Shown: positions 17,495-26,877, counted from the first letter of the stretch. The stretch: DNA of 28,656 nt from an uncultured Bifidobacteriales bacterium (GCA_964557725.1 CAZLBO010000001.1:1-28656), one strand, 5' to 3'. A program made the numbers and translations. The notes: generated by a model from the sequence alone, not told the origin.

Positions 17495-19393
17495 ATGAAA
17501 ATCTTAAAATTCATCTTCTTTATTTGTGTATTACTCCTCACTGTGACCAGTTGGGCTGTCAAACCAAATATCGTTTACATTTTAGCCGATGATATGGGTA
17601 TTGGTGATGTAACAGTATACAACCCCAGTAAAAATGTATCTAATACCATAAACATGGACGCTTTAGCTGCTGGTGGTATGAGGTTTACCAACGCCCATAC
17701 CCCATCCGCAATCTGTAGCCCAACTCGCTATGGATTGATGACTGGAGACCACCCCTACCACATAGGCAAAGAGGCCCAATATCAAAAGGCCTATGATGAT
17801 GTGTATTTAAAGGACCCCAACAAAAGAACGATAGCCAATGTATTGAGAGATGCTGGATACCGAACAGGTTATTCAGGTAAATGGCATTTGGGTTATACTG
17901 TTTATAAGGCCAATGGAGAGGTCCAAACAGGGTCCTCTGAACTAGAAAGCGTTCAACCTGATTGGTCTAAGGGTATTGCCAATCACCCCTTTGACAGGGG
18001 TTTTGATTTTGCTTTTGGGCACGTCGCCTCTGCTGATATCCCTCCTTATAAATATTTTCAAGATGATAAATGGGTTAACCTTCAATCAACTTTTATCACT
18101 CGTGATTTGGCATTAAGTACAGGGGTTATTGATAAGCCAGCAGACGGCGGTGTTTCTTCTCTGCGCAATGGATGGATGGATACCGATTGGGATTTTAACC
18201 AGATACAACGCAAGCTTAAAGATAAAGCCATAGAATTTATTCGATCCACCCCAGATACAACTCCTTTTTTTCTGTACCTGCCTCTTTCTGCCCCCCATGC
18301 ACCTTTGGCACCTAACCCTGATTATCAAAAAAAGACACCTTATAACTTTACTGATTATGTAAAAGAAGTCGATGAAATAGTGGGCAACATTGTTAATGAA
18401 TTAAAAGCCCGCAACATTTATAAAAACACCTTGATTATTGTCACCAGCGACAACGGTGCTAATGCTAACGAAGCCAATAAATCCACTCACAGAGCAACTG
18501 GTATTTTGGAAGGCGTTACCCTTCGAGGCAGTAAAACTACCACCCATGAAGGTGGTCATCGAGTCGCTTTTATTGCCCACTGGGGAGATGACACACCAGA
18601 GGGTTCAGTCATTAAACCTGGTGCCGTGACAAATGATCTCATCAATTTGCAAGACTTCTTCCGTACTGCTGCTGCTATCGTCGAAGAGCCTATTACAGCT
18701 AGCGAAGGAGTCGATAGCTGGAATATTCTTCCTATTTTACTGGGAGATGGTACGCTACTCAGACTCAGAGAAGCAAACTTTAGTATTTCAAGGTTTGGGC
18801 ACTGGATCATCACCAAGCAATACCCAGATGGATCTGAATGGAAGCTTATTTTTAGTAGTGGCACAGGCGGCTGGAGCTCTACAACAGATCCGAAAGGCAC
18901 AAAAGAAGACCCTAAAAAATTGTTTGCTAACCTCAATTTTGCCAACCTACAATTATTCAATTTAACCACTGATTTGGGTGAATCTACAAACGTACTTTCT
19001 AACGGCGTGTCAGCCACCGAAACCCAAAAAGTAAAAGAGCTTCATGCTTTAATGAATGACTACCTCGCTTCTGGAACAAGTAACACAAAAGACCCCAATA
19101 CAGCAAAGGTTCCAACTAGCATCGTAAAAGACCGTGGCTCTAAGCGTGTCTCCCAAGTATTTGCTTACCTGAAAAACAACTCCACTGTTCTTTTAAATGT
19201 CAGCCGAAGCTCCTATCAAAACTTTTTAGTAGAAATTACTAACGTAAAAGGAGCGGTTGTTTTTTCTAAAAAGATCACACGAAATCGTGACATTTTACCC
19301 ATTCAATTGCCTAAATTTAATGGTGAATTAGTAATCTTTACTGTAAAGAGCCACGGAAAACCTATTTATCAAAATAGGTTTATTATTATGTAA
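17495..19393 (+). CDS. Secreted Cys-type sulfatase (S1/arylsulfatase A family) with T9SS-like C-terminal domain
   Basis: Signal peptide; 'KPNIVYILADDMG', catalytic 'CSPTR', 'GKWHLG', 'SDNG', 'K...HEGGHRV'; tail 'FLVEITNVKGAVVFSKKI...YQNRFIIM'. Confidence 0.93.
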   Translation: MKILKFIFFICVLLLTVTSWAVKPNIVYILADDMGIGDVTVYNPSKNVSNTINMDALAAGGMRFTNAHTPSAICSPTRYGLMTGDHPYHIGKEAQYQKAYDDVYLKDPNKRTIANVLRDAGYRTGYSGKWHLGYTVYKANGEVQTGSSELESVQPDWSKGIANHPFDRGFDFAFGHVASADIPPYKYFQDDKWVNLQSTFITRDLALSTGVIDKPADGGVSSLRNGWMDTDWDFNQIQRKLKDKAIEFIRSTPDTTPFFLYLPLSAPHAPLAPNPDYQKKTPYNFTDYVKEVDEIVGNIVNELKARNIYKNTLIIVTSDNGANANEANKSTHRATGILEGVTLRGSKTTTHEGGHRVAFIAHWGDDTPEGSVIKPGAVTNDLINLQDFFRTAAAIVEEPITASEGVDSWNILPILLGDGTLLRLREANFSISRFGHWIITKQYPDGSEWKLIFSSGTGGWSSTTDPKGTKEDPKKLFANLNFANLQLFNLTTDLGESTNVLSNGVSATETQKVKELHALMNDYLASGTSNTKDPNTAKVPTSIVKDRGSKRVSQVFAYLKNNSTVLLNVSRSSYQNFLVEITNVKGAVVFSKKITRNRDILPIQLPKFNGELVIFTVKSHGKPIYQNRFIIM

Positions 19394-19421
19394 TTATTAT
19401 TAAACGCTAGGTATAAATCAC

Positions 19422-19450
19422 TTGCAAAACCTTAACTCATTGCCTATACT
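19422..19450 (+). promoter_or_regulatory. Sigma-70-type promoter of the Rrf2 cassette
   Basis: TTGCAA-N17-TATACT. Confidence 0.7.
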
Positions 19451-19488
19451 TATACTAGATAAACTAAATATTATGTAGGAGCAATTGG

Positions 19489-19905
19489 TTGTCATTTTCA
19501 AAAAGCATTTTGGTTTTAATCTTTATTTCCGATAAGGTTCGATTAAAAGCCTATGACTATCTCTCTACAGCCTCCATCTCAGAGTTATTGAGCATCCCTA
19601 AGCCAACCTTAGTTAAAATGCTTTACAGCCTATCTGTTGAAGGTATTATTGAAACAAAAGAAGGGAAGCATGGCGGAATTCGCTTAGCAAAAGATCCTAA
19701 GCAAATAACAGTACTTGATGTTTATAACGCCATTGAAAGAGGAAAGCCTATCTTTCAAAAGTCTTTTAATATCTTAGCAAAAGGCAAAAGGCCTGATAAT
19801 GCCAAAAGCGTTATTACAAACCTGTTAGAAAATTCGGAAAATACCATGAAATCTGTACTAGCCCAAAAAACCATCGCCCAGCTTTTGATAGAGATGGACA
19901 GCTAA
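19489..19905 (+). CDS. Rrf2 family transcriptional regulator (cysteine-free)
   Basis: TTG start with AGGAG RBS; 'GIIETKEGKHGGIRLAKDPKQITVLDVYNAIE' Rrf2 signature; no Cys in the protein. Confidence 0.9.
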   Translation: MSFSKSILVLIFISDKVRLKAYDYLSTASISELLSIPKPTLVKMLYSLSVEGIIETKEGKHGGIRLAKDPKQITVLDVYNAIERGKPIFQKSFNILAKGKRPDNAKSVITNLLENSENTMKSVLAQKTIAQLLIEMDS

Positions 19906-19953
19906 AAAAAATTTAACACAAACTAAACATACACTATATAGAGTAAATTAAAT

Positions 19954-20568
19954 ATGAGCTTTTCTACCTTTTTTTCAAAACTACAAGAGTCACCTTGGTA
20001 TTATGATTTTCTGTCTCCTATTATCAACAGCATCGATAATGACTCAACACTCTTAGATATTGGTACTGGTTCAGGAAAGATGTTACAGCTTCTTTTTGAG
20101 AAAAAACAAGTGACAGGAGTAGGGGTAGACACTAGTGCTTCAATGCTTGAAGAGGCAAAAAAGAAATTGCAAAATACAAAATTCCTCTTAAAGCAAATTG
20201 ACGCTGGTAAAGATTACCCATTTAAAAACAATTCCTTTGATTATGTTACTATTTGTAGCGTTCTCTTCAATTTAAAAAATCAAAAATCAGTTGATCAAAT
20301 TTTATCTGAAGCATTAAGAGTCTTAAAAAAAGGAGGGAAAATCATTATCCTAACACCGACAGGAAAAGGCAACATCTTTAAACTCACAAAACATTACTTC
20401 TCTATAAAAAACAAAAGCATTTACATCTGGTACAATGCAACAAAAAGAAATGGCAAAACTTGGACGAAGGAAATGTATTTATCAAAATACTCTGCCAAAA
20501 ATAATTTGACCTATAAACAAAAGGAGGTTCTCAATGGTTTCGCACAAATAGAAACAATCATCAAGTAA
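19954..20568 (+). CDS. Class I SAM-dependent methyltransferase
   Basis: 'LLDIGTGSG', 'GVDTSASMLEEAKKK', 'FKNNSFDYVT', 'RVLKKGGKIII'. Confidence 0.92.
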   Translation: MSFSTFFSKLQESPWYYDFLSPIINSIDNDSTLLDIGTGSGKMLQLLFEKKQVTGVGVDTSASMLEEAKKKLQNTKFLLKQIDAGKDYPFKNNSFDYVTICSVLFNLKNQKSVDQILSEALRVLKKGGKIIILTPTGKGNIFKLTKHYFSIKNKSIYIWYNATKRNGKTWTKEMYLSKYSAKNNLTYKQKEVLNGFAQIETIIK

Positions 20569-20601
20569 TTTTTTTTCACTAAACTAAATATAAGGAATAT
20601 A

Positions 20602-21225
20602 ATGTATAACAATTTAAAAACAGCAAAACTAAAAAATCTTTTTCACGTCATTTTAGGGTTAACCCTTATGGTTACAATAAACTCAAAAGCCTCTGCACAA
20701 GAAAGGGAAACAACAAAAACAAAATTCTCCATTGAAATTGACCCCGCAACCTTTGCCTTTAAGGGTTATGGTGTACACCTTAGAATGCAACCAAAAAACA
20801 ATGACCATTTACTGATAGGTGTTGGAACCTATGCCATGGACTTTCCTGATCTCATTGTCAACTTTAACCCAAAGAACAAAGACAAAGGGTGGGATGTTCG
20901 TTTAACACAAGGCTATGGATTATTTGGTGAGTTTCATTTTTCAGAGGTCAACAAAAAATTCTTTATAGGAACACAACTAGCTACACAAGCGTATGAGATA
21001 AAAAACAAAAATGAACCTGGCTCTGAAGATTTCAACACCTTTCTCGGTTTAGGTTATGGTGGCTACACCATACAGCCTTTTAAAAATAACGGCTTTTATA
21101 TCAAGACTTGGATGGGGGTTGGATACACTGCAAAAACAAAAGGGGAATCTAAACTTGGAAACTCAGAGTATGATGTATCCCCTGTTTTGTTATTCGCGGC
21201 TGTTCATCTTGGGTACACTTTCTAA
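20602..21225 (+). CDS. Small outer-membrane beta-barrel protein, hypothetical
   Basis: Signal peptide; amphipathic Gly/aromatic strands; C-terminal 'HLGYTF' BAM-type signal. Confidence 0.75.
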   Translation: MYNNLKTAKLKNLFHVILGLTLMVTINSKASAQERETTKTKFSIEIDPATFAFKGYGVHLRMQPKNNDHLLIGVGTYAMDFPDLIVNFNPKNKDKGWDVRLTQGYGLFGEFHFSEVNKKFFIGTQLATQAYEIKNKNEPGSEDFNTFLGLGYGGYTIQPFKNNGFYIKTWMGVGYTAKTKGESKLGNSEYDVSPVLLFAAVHLGYTF

Positions 21226-21242
21226 TAGAAAAAGAAAAACAC

Positions 21243-21935
21243 CTACTCCCTAAAACGAGAAAAATCATTCCATTGGTTTGAGCGTTGGAACTCCAACGCT
21301 TTAACTTCCGAAGAACCTGCATTCCATAGGAAGAAACCGATAAAAACAAGAACATAATAGCTAGAGTAAAGCCCCCACAACACAAACGCTCCAGCAAAAA
21401 ACTTCCCAATAGTAGCTGCAATTTTTGTTGCCTCTAAAGGGCTTTTAAAATAAGATAAAACAGCCCTTATTACACGCCCTCCGTCCATGGGAAAAGCAGG
21501 GAGCAAGTTAAAAAGTGCCAAGCCTAAATTAAGAGAAAGCATGGTTGATAAAAAGTCGGCAATTCTATAGGGGAAAGAAATACTTGTTGTTAATAAAAAG
21601 AAAACTAATGCTAAAAAAATATTTACTGCTGGACCAGCAAGGGCAATTAACACTTCTTCCAAGGGCTTTTTTGGTTGGCCTAAAATTTTAGCTACTCCAC
21701 CAATGGGGTACAGTACAATTTCCTTTGTATCTATCCCAAACCTTCTGGCCATCAGGGAGTGCCCTAACTCATGTAAGACAACAAAAGAAAAAACGGAGGT
21801 TAACAAAAGGGTTTTTGAAAGCATGGATCCGCCAGAGAAAACTGACGAAAAAATGATAAACCCAAACAAAAGATAAAAGGTGAAGTGCAGGTATATATCT
21901 ATACCTACAATCCTTCCTATTTTCCAACTTTTCAT
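21243..21935 (-). CDS. Site-2 protease (peptidase M50), without CBS domains
   Basis: 'LHELGH' (HExxH), 'PIGGVA', 'IALAGPAVN', 'NLLPAFPMDGGR' (NxxPxxxxDG). Confidence 0.93.
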   Translation of the reverse strand: MKSWKIGRIVGIDIYLHFTFYLLFGFIIFSSVFSGGSMLSKTLLLTSVFSFVVLHELGHSLMARRFGIDTKEIVLYPIGGVAKILGQPKKPLEEVLIALAGPAVNIFLALVFFLLTTSISFPYRIADFLSTMLSLNLGLALFNLLPAFPMDGGRVIRAVLSYFKSPLEATKIAATIGKFFAGAFVLWGLYSSYYVLVFIGFFLWNAGSSEVKALEFQRSNQWNDFSRFRE

Positions 21936-21982
21936 ATTTTTCCTACAAAAAAAAGGGGGTGAAGTAAAAGCAGGCTTAAAGC

Positions 21983-22396
21983 CTACTTAACGTTAATTGT
22001 TTTAGGGAAGGTAGATTCTTTTTTGGGAATACTCAATCGAATCACTCCATTTTCAAACTGGGCAGTAATTTCTTCCCCATCAATATCATTTGAAAGTTTA
22101 AAAGACCTTTTGTATTCACCATAAGAAACCTCATTCACATAGACCTTATCGGATTCCTCTTTAAAGGAGTCTTTTTTCGAGGCCATAAGCGTTAATACAG
22201 AGTCCTTGATTTTAACTTCAATATCTTCTTTTTTAACTCCTGGCAACTCCACCGTTACTTGAAAAGATTTACCTTTATCAACAATTTGGGAAAATGGAAC
22301 AATACTCTCGGATAGAGGTTTTTTGTTAGGCTCCCAATCATTAAAAAAATCATCAAAAATAGAGGTGTGCTTAGGTTTACAAGTTAAATGATTCAT
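21983..22396 (-). CDS. Hsp20/alpha-crystallin small heat-shock protein
   Basis: AAGGAG RBS; 'VELPGVKKEDIEV', 'YGEYKRSFKL', 'AQFENGVIRLSIPK', terminal 'TINVK' IxI/V motif. Confidence 0.95.
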   Translation of the reverse strand: MNHLTCKPKHTSIFDDFFNDWEPNKKPLSESIVPFSQIVDKGKSFQVTVELPGVKKEDIEVKIKDSVLTLMASKKDSFKEESDKVYVNEVSYGEYKRSFKLSNDIDGEEITAQFENGVIRLSIPKKESTFPKTINVK

Positions 22397-22438
22397 TCTG
22401 TTTCTCCTTTAATTAATATCATTTATAAAACACACTAT

Positions 22439-22454
22439 TGCAATTGATGTGCCA
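22439..22454 (-). promoter_or_regulatory. Sigma-54 (-24/-12) promoter of the Hsp20 gene
   Basis: Minus-strand TGGCACA-TCAA-TTGCA, near-consensus, ending 43 nt before the ATG. Confidence 0.88.
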
Positions 22455-22584
22455 ACATAAAAACCCTTAAAAATTGCACCAAAGGGCTTTAAAAAAAATG
22501 ATGTTTCAGTTTTAACAAAACAAATCTCCTCATAATGAAACAACCCTCTCTAGCCTTTTGAGTGATTTAATCTATTTTTGTGAC

Positions 22585-24006
22585 ATGAAAAAAATAAATG
22601 AAAGCAACTTGCAAACGTCTTCCATTCCCACAGTTTTGATGGAAATCGCTCTTCAAATTCAAAAGGAGCAGGGTCGCTTAACCATTGTTGGCGGCTGGGT
22701 TAGAGACACTCTTTTAGGAATCCCCTCTACAGATTATGATTTAGAAGTCTACGGCTTAAATCAAGAGTCCCTTATGACTATTCTGTCTCCTTTTGGCAAA
22801 CCAAACTGGGTCGGAAAGGCTTTTGGTGTTTTTACTATGAATATCCAAGGCGAAATTTATGATTTTGCCTTTCCTCGCAAGGAGGCTAAAACAGGAGTAG
22901 GGCATAAGGGGTTTGAGGTTCAATTCGACCCTTTTCTCTCTTTTGAAGAAGCCGCCTCCCGCCGTGACTTTACCATCAATGCTATGGGGTTAGGAATCCC
23001 TGAGCGCAAGCTCATTGACCCTCACAAGGGCAAGGATGACTTAAAAAAAGGGCTTTTAAAGCATGTCTCAAGCGCTTTTAGCGAAGACCCTTTGCGTGCC
23101 TTGCGCGCCGTACAGTTTGCCGCTCGTTTTGAGTTAAATATTGAACCTAAAACCCAAGAGCTTTGTGCGATTCAACCCTTAGAAGAATTACCTGCGGAAA
23201 GAATCTTTGAAGAAATTAAAAAACTCTTATTAAAATCAAAGAAGCCCTCTTTGGGTTTAGAGTGGCTTCGGCGTATGAATCTCTTAAGATACTTTCCTGA
23301 GCTTGAAGCTTTAATTGGTGTACAACAGGACCCTGAGTGGCACCCCGAAGGGGATGTTTGGGTACACAACAACATGGTTGTCGATGAAGCCGCAATTGTA
23401 AGAGATACAGAAATAGAACCGAATACAGATCAAACTGAGTTTGAGAAAATTACCTTAATGTTAGGCGCTCTTTGTCATGACTTTGGAAAGCCAAAATGTA
23501 CCTTCCTCAAAGAGGGGCGTTGGAGAAGCCCTGCTCACGATGTAATGGGGGAGCGGCCGACCCGTTCATTTTTAAAAAGGATGACGAGAGACCACAAGCT
23601 CATCGAACAAGTTGTTGCTTTTGTACGAGAACACCTAAAGCCCGCATTATTATACAACGTAAGAAATGAAGTAAAACCCTCCGCCTTTAAAAGACTCGCT
23701 CTCAAAGTAAACATCAAAAAACTTGTGCAAGTAGCTAAGGCCGATCACTTTGGCCGCACTACACCTGATGCGATAAGAAGAGAATTTCCTGCTGGAGAAT
23801 GGCTGCTTAAGCAATCTGAATCTTTAGATGTATTAGAAAAAAAACCAACTGCTTTTTTAACAGGAAAAATGCTTATTCAACTAGGGGTTAAACCTGGCCC
23901 ACATATGGGGACGCTTATACAAGAAAGCTTTGAACTACAATTAGAGGGTGAACTTAAAAGTATAGAGGATGTTTGTCACTGGGCAAAAAAAAGAATCACA
24001 GCTTAA
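22585..24006 (+). CDS. cca: tRNA nucleotidyltransferase (CCA-adding enzyme) with HD domain; the track extends it to a TTG at 22558
   Basis: 'VGGWVRD..LG...DYD', 'RRDFTINAM', 'EDPLRALRAVQFAARF', 'HPEGDVWVH', 'LCHDFGKP'. Confidence 0.9.
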   Translation: MKKINESNLQTSSIPTVLMEIALQIQKEQGRLTIVGGWVRDTLLGIPSTDYDLEVYGLNQESLMTILSPFGKPNWVGKAFGVFTMNIQGEIYDFAFPRKEAKTGVGHKGFEVQFDPFLSFEEAASRRDFTINAMGLGIPERKLIDPHKGKDDLKKGLLKHVSSAFSEDPLRALRAVQFAARFELNIEPKTQELCAIQPLEELPAERIFEEIKKLLLKSKKPSLGLEWLRRMNLLRYFPELEALIGVQQDPEWHPEGDVWVHNNMVVDEAAIVRDTEIEPNTDQTEFEKITLMLGALCHDFGKPKCTFLKEGRWRSPAHDVMGERPTRSFLKRMTRDHKLIEQVVAFVREHLKPALLYNVRNEVKPSAFKRLALKVNIKKLVQVAKADHFGRTTPDAIRREFPAGEWLLKQSESLDVLEKKPTAFLTGKMLIQLGVKPGPHMGTLIQESFELQLEGELKSIEDVCHWAKKRITA

Positions 24007-24094
24007 AAGAAAACTTAATCTCTGTTTGATTTTAGGCTCAACTACCACAAAAAAATCAATTTCATCCAAAGCCCTACACGATTTACTTTTTTTA

Positions 24095-24103
24095 TGGTAT
24101 AAT
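24095..24103 (+). promoter_or_regulatory. Extended -10 promoter (TGnTATAAT)
   Basis: TGGTATAAT, a perfect extended -10, ending 10 nt before the ATG at 24114; no SD in between. Confidence 0.7.
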
Positions 24104-24113
24104 AAATCACGTT

Positions 24114-24464
24114 ATGGCTATTGAGTTTCAATCATCTATTAGTGGAGTGCAAAGCGCCTTTACCAATCAAGGCGTTCGGGCTCATAATGTCGCAAATGTA
24201 AACACCAAAGGTTTTCAAGCTAAAAACCCTGTTGCACTTTCTGATTCCCAGGATAAACCAAAAACCTATGCTTTATCAACAAATCAAACGGGCTATATTA
24301 ATTCTACCGAAAAAACAAAACAGCAACAAGAACTTGCCAGTACAACCGATCTTAATCAAGAAATTCCTGAGCAAATGAGCAACGAGTACACCGTAAAAGC
24401 AAACCTCTCTGTAATTAAAACAACAGATCAAATGCTAGGTGATGTAATTGATTTGTTGGGTTAG
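24114..24464 (+). CDS. Orphan flagellar basal-body rod/hook-like protein (only the D0 N- and C-terminal segments)
   Basis: N-terminal 'SISGV...AHNVANVNTKGF' (Flg_bb_rod) and C-terminal 'DLNQEI...YTVKANLSVIKTTDQMLGDVIDL' (Flg_bbr_C), joined by a short linker. Confidence 0.85.
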   Translation: MAIEFQSSISGVQSAFTNQGVRAHNVANVNTKGFQAKNPVALSDSQDKPKTYALSTNQTGYINSTEKTKQQQELASTTDLNQEIPEQMSNEYTVKANLSVIKTTDQMLGDVIDLLG

Positions 24465-24483
24465 AAAAAACGAAAGTGCTATT

Positions 24484-26877
24484 TTAGTCACTCTCATCAA
24501 AAGCGCACCTAAAGCCCAGTTTTAAGCTAGAGAAATTAGGACGGTTTTTAAATTGGGCACTTGACTTTAGACTACTTACATCACTAAACCAACTTCCCCC
24601 TCGAGTAACCTTGCTCTCCTTTTTTGAATGGCCGGTTTCTTTCTGATACCAATCATCCACCCACTCAAAAACATTTCCACTCATATCATACAAACCCCAC
24701 TTATTAGGTTTTTTTTGCCCTACAGGATGAGTTTGATTGTTTGAATTTTTAAAATACCAAGCAAACTTATCCGCTCTTTTCTTCTTCCAATAGTAATCCT
24801 CTTTTTCCTCTGCCCTAATCGCATATTCCCACTCAACCTCTGTAGGAAGGCGACCATTTACCTCTCGACAATAATCATCCGCTTCCTTCCAAGTCACATT
24901 TTCTACGGGTAAATTTTTTCCCTTTCGATAAGAAGGATTTTTCTTTGCTATCCGCTGAAACTCTTTTTGCGTTACTTCGAACTGATGCATATAATATGTT
25001 TTAACTTTTGTTCTCTTCCCATTTTTATTCTCAAAAACTCCTGAGGGGATTTTTGAAACTCTTCCCACAATATGTTGAGGAACCGAATTTTTTCTTTGTT
25101 TTTTCTCTTTTAATAAAGCTTCGGTTTTAAAGCCCCATACAAAACTTTCCACCTTTTCTTTACCATCACTTACAACAACCCTCCAATAATACTGTTGGTT
25201 GGGCTTTAATGTTGTAATTATTTTAAACGGTTTATCAGATTCCGCCAACTTGTTAAGAGGTGGGTTTTCTTTGCCTATATATAAAGAATAAGAAAAGTGA
25301 CTAAATGTACCCGTATCTACAGAAGACCAAGCAAAACGAAGGGAGTCTCCTTTTACTACTTGATTCATTTGTGGATAAACTAAACTAGGAGGAGGTGGAA
25401 GAACACTTTGAATAAGGGTTTTAAAAGTTACAATTTCAGGAAGCCCCACCCCTAAATTGTTTTGAGGAACAATTCTTAATGTATATTCTGTACTAGGTTC
25501 AAACCCACGCAATGTCACCGGGCCAAAAGGAACTGTGTCAATATTTCTCCAACCTTCGGCCGTAAATTTTTGAATAACATAGCCTAAATTCTCTGGGTAA
25601 TGAAACCAATCCAAAACAATTGAATCCGCATGTACTTCCCTCTTCTCGACAGCAATTAACTTGTTTGGAGGAAAGGCAATCACACGTTCAAAATCACTTG
25701 TTTGATTCCCCTTCTTAAAGCTTCCCCCTAATCGACCCCCCACACTGAGAATTCGATTAACTCCTCCCATAAAATTACGTGATTGACTTAGTTTAACATA
25801 TGCAGGTAAATTCAACTTAAGAGGTTTGCTTCCTAAAAGATCAACCCCTAATCTTGGCACCAATGAAGCTTTTACCCTTCCTTGAGACAATTTTCCTGCT
25901 ACCGGACTCTTCGTTACACTTGAATTAAAAAGTACATTCACCTCAGCGTTCTCTTCAATCCACTGTCCATCCTCGCTTAACCCCATACGAAGAGAGACTT
26001 CTTCTGAAAAGTTAAGTTCCAGCTGATTTTCGCCCTCATCTATCTGCACCTCAAAAGACGCTGAAAAACCATGCCTTACATGGATAAAAACCCCTTTATC
26101 TAAGGGGATATGATGTGAAAAAACAAAAGGCAGTTTTTTTGTGAGTTGACGTTTTACATTCCCTGTTGTTGTTAGGGTAACAAATGATTCCATCTCAAAT
26201 ACACCATCTAAACTCAAGTCATAAACATCTACCTTTCCCTCAATAATTTTTAAATGACCCGTTAAAACAGGCTGGCCACTCAACTTTGTTTTTTCCATTT
26301 TTAAGCTCATAGAAGGTGGAGAGTCTTCTCCCCCTAAATCAGCTCCAAACTCTTGCCATTGACTATCAGCCATGGCAAAAGACAATGTGGGTTGTACAGA
26401 AAAAGATAAGTCACATTGCAAAACCACCTCTGACAACTTTGCTGGTGCTACCTTTAACTTCCAAACAGACAAACCTCCCAAGCGAGAAGCCTCTTCTGCG
26501 TGAATAACTCGCACCATAACCCCGCCTAAATTTTTTGCTAAAATAATTGAACGATCGTTAATACTTATCTCTGTAGGAAGCTCCACTTCCATCAACCCTA
26601 AAGGTTTATGATAGGATAAAACTTTACTTTCAAATAAAGCAGAAAAGTTAATTACATTTTCTTTTAGTAGCGTTGGCACGTTCGCATCGTTATTTTCAAC
26701 AAATACAACATTCTCTACTTGGTGCCCTTTTACTTCTATTTTGTTAATATCGGGTCGACCAATAGAATCTAACAAAGTAACATTTAATACTTTCGCCCCT
26801 CTTTTTACCTGATCAACTACAATCTCTGCAAATGAAGTGGCAAAAAAGCACAATATGATAAACAAAAATCTCATCAT
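24484..26877 (-). CDS. Secreted multidomain protein: unknown N-terminal region, two FN3-like domains, C-terminal FGE-sulfatase (SUMF1/CLec-fold) domain
   Basis: Signal peptide; FN3 'LRGFEPSTEYTLRIVPQN' and 'LKPNQQYYWRVVVSDG'; FGE-fold 'EVTQKEF', 'PVENVTW', 'RLPTEVEWEYAIR', 'WGLYDMSGNVFEW', 'RGGSW', 'GFRC'. Confidence 0.9.
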   Translation of the reverse strand: MMRFLFIILCFFATSFAEIVVDQVKRGAKVLNVTLLDSIGRPDINKIEVKGHQVENVVFVENNDANVPTLLKENVINFSALFESKVLSYHKPLGLMEVELPTEISINDRSIILAKNLGGVMVRVIHAEEASRLGGLSVWKLKVAPAKLSEVVLQCDLSFSVQPTLSFAMADSQWQEFGADLGGEDSPPSMSLKMEKTKLSGQPVLTGHLKIIEGKVDVYDLSLDGVFEMESFVTLTTTGNVKRQLTKKLPFVFSHHIPLDKGVFIHVRHGFSASFEVQIDEGENQLELNFSEEVSLRMGLSEDGQWIEENAEVNVLFNSSVTKSPVAGKLSQGRVKASLVPRLGVDLLGSKPLKLNLPAYVKLSQSRNFMGGVNRILSVGGRLGGSFKKGNQTSDFERVIAFPPNKLIAVEKREVHADSIVLDWFHYPENLGYVIQKFTAEGWRNIDTVPFGPVTLRGFEPSTEYTLRIVPQNNLGVGLPEIVTFKTLIQSVLPPPPSLVYPQMNQVVKGDSLRFAWSSVDTGTFSHFSYSLYIGKENPPLNKLAESDKPFKIITTLKPNQQYYWRVVVSDGKEKVESFVWGFKTEALLKEKKQRKNSVPQHIVGRVSKIPSGVFENKNGKRTKVKTYYMHQFEVTQKEFQRIAKKNPSYRKGKNLPVENVTWKEADDYCREVNGRLPTEVEWEYAIRAEEKEDYYWKKKRADKFAWYFKNSNNQTHPVGQKKPNKWGLYDMSGNVFEWVDDWYQKETGHSKKESKVTRGGSWFSDVSSLKSSAQFKNRPNFSSLKLGFRCAFDESD

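Noticed and set aside
22470-22490. TGCACC half-site near the hsp20 sigma-54 promoter, resembling an NtrC box
   Set aside because: No matching GGTGCA half-site, and too close to the -24 element for a typical enhancer
24007-24113. Sigma-28 flagellar promoter for the rod-like gene
   Set aside because: No TAAA-N15-GCCGATAA match; an extended -10 is present instead
24484-24620. C-terminal FGE/CLec domain as a diversity-generating retroelement target
   Set aside because: No template repeat differing at adenines and no reverse transcriptase in the window; only a whole-genome search could reveal a remote TR
24484-25080. FGE-fold domain as the activator of the nearby Cys-type sulfatase
   Set aside because: Lacks the catalytic cysteines of formylglycine-generating enzyme and is part of a secreted FN3 protein
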